Of a stretch of 64,000 nucleotides of DNA, positions 63,246-64,000 are shown one piece after another. Under the pieces are notes generated by a model that saw only the letters and a list, made by a program, of their open reading frames with translations, did no database searches and was not told the origin of the DNA. Source of the DNA: Monocercomonoides exilis PA203 (taxonomy: Eukaryota; Protista; Preaxostyla); assembly GCA_001643675.2 (NCBI GenBank), contig LSRY02000040.1, positions 124,001 through 188,000 on the forward strand, given 5' to 3'. Numbering within the stretch: position 1 is the first letter of the stretch; each line of letters begins with the position of its first letter. The position numbers were made by a program, and so were the translations under genes.

Positions 63246-63447
63246 GGACAGATAGGAAATAACAATGAGGTGGCAAGGGCCAAATCTATGTCGCCTCAAA
63301 GATATCCCAAGAGGGAGCGGGCATAGACCAGGAGGTCCGCACCACTACACGCACGCTCTCAACTCATCCGCCGCACTAGAGCGTGCTAGGAAAGGGGTTT
63401 TAGATCACACATACGGAATGAAAAGGGATTTCGAGACTCATTATTGA

Positions 63448-63524
63448 GGAGCAAACCTGCTCCTTGCGTTTGTTGATTCGCTCCATTGCGAATTAATAAA
63501 AACGCAGTGAGACAGGTTTGCTCC
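63448..63524 (+). other. 77-nt imperfect hairpin at the 3' end of the DIRS element
   Basis: GGAGCAAACCTG/CAGGTTTGCTCC, TGCGTTT/AAACGCA and GTTGATTCGC/GCGAATTAAT (two G-U pairs), loop TCCATT. Confidence 0.8.
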
Positions 63525-63737
63525 GAGATAATACGAACGCGGATGGAGAGACTCAAAGCGGCTGGGTGCGTAAGAGAGAGAAACAGATTAGGAAGATGAC
63601 AGGGAAAAGGGCGAGAAAGCAGAGGAGATGGAAAAAGATCAACCGTCCGAAATCACAAGGTTACATTCACAACGTGGATAAAGAAATTTGGAATGAATTG
63701 AAAGTTTTTAAGAATAATTTTTCTCCTTGATTTGTTT

Positions 63738-64000
63738 ATGAACGATTTGCAAAGAGAAGAGTCAGACTTGCCCACACAGCGTGTGGCGAGCAGATTAGCT
63801 CTGCTGGATCAGCAGAAGAGCGGGAGGCAGAGCACATCGCACGCAGTTTTCTTTTCCACGCCTCGCAGAAGCGAAAGTGGTTTTTCTTTCTGCTCCCACA
63901 AGAAGACTCGCCTCGCTGGATCCCTGCACGGACTGCAAAAGAAAGCTCCGATGAGCAATGTCCCCTACCCTCTGGTCTTCGAGATCATGGCAAAAGGCGA
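63738..64000 (+). CDS. Possible start of an unidentified gene running off the window
   Basis: ATG at 63738 with a frame open to the window end (MNDLQREESDLPTQR...) and raised GC. No recognisable motif. Confidence 0.3.
   Translation, partial: MNDLQREESDLPTQRVASRLALLDQQKSGRQSTSHAVFFSTPRRSESGFSFCSHKKTRLAGSLHGLQKKAPMSNVPYPLVFEIMAKG

Larger units (their letters stand above)
59739..63530 (+). mobile_element. DIRS-type tyrosine-recombinase retrotransposon, 5'-truncated, decayed
   Basis: Order RT - RNase H - methyltransferase-like region, with a tyrosine recombinase in an overlapping frame; purine-rich and higher GC than the flanks. 3' boundary approximate. Confidence 0.9.

Overview
AT-rich eukaryotic DNA with short GT-AG introns (GTTTG/GTATG donors) and the standard genetic code. 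The gene families and composition resemble an oxymonad/metamonad protist such as Monocercomonoides; this is recognition from memory, not a search. The window is a transposon-dense accessory region. It has only two ordinary-looking genes: a 2085-aa low-complexity coiled-coil protein (22310-28567) and a polynucleotide kinase 3'-phosphatase (PNKP, 40148-41616). Six copies (four apparently intact, two with a stop) plus decayed fragments of a 3-exon, ~425-460-aa alpha-helical gene family are present. Four of them sit as head-to-head pairs in a ~6.8-kb duplicated cassette and show pair-specific sequence homogenisation and patchwork mosaicism. Mobile DNA includes a pogo-like DDE transposase relic, three Merlin/ISXO2-like transposase loci, a 3.0-kb hAT-type element (perfect TIR, 8-bp TSD) carrying an NPHP4-like host gene fragment instead of a transposase, several MITE families (some nested) and a decayed DIRS-type tyrosine-recombinase retrotransposon. 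A near-perfect 3.18-kb inverted repeat (49423-52606 / 56558-59738) brackets an open Merlin-like transposase ORF. No rRNA, tRNA or CRISPR array was recognised. All coordinates were counted by hand.
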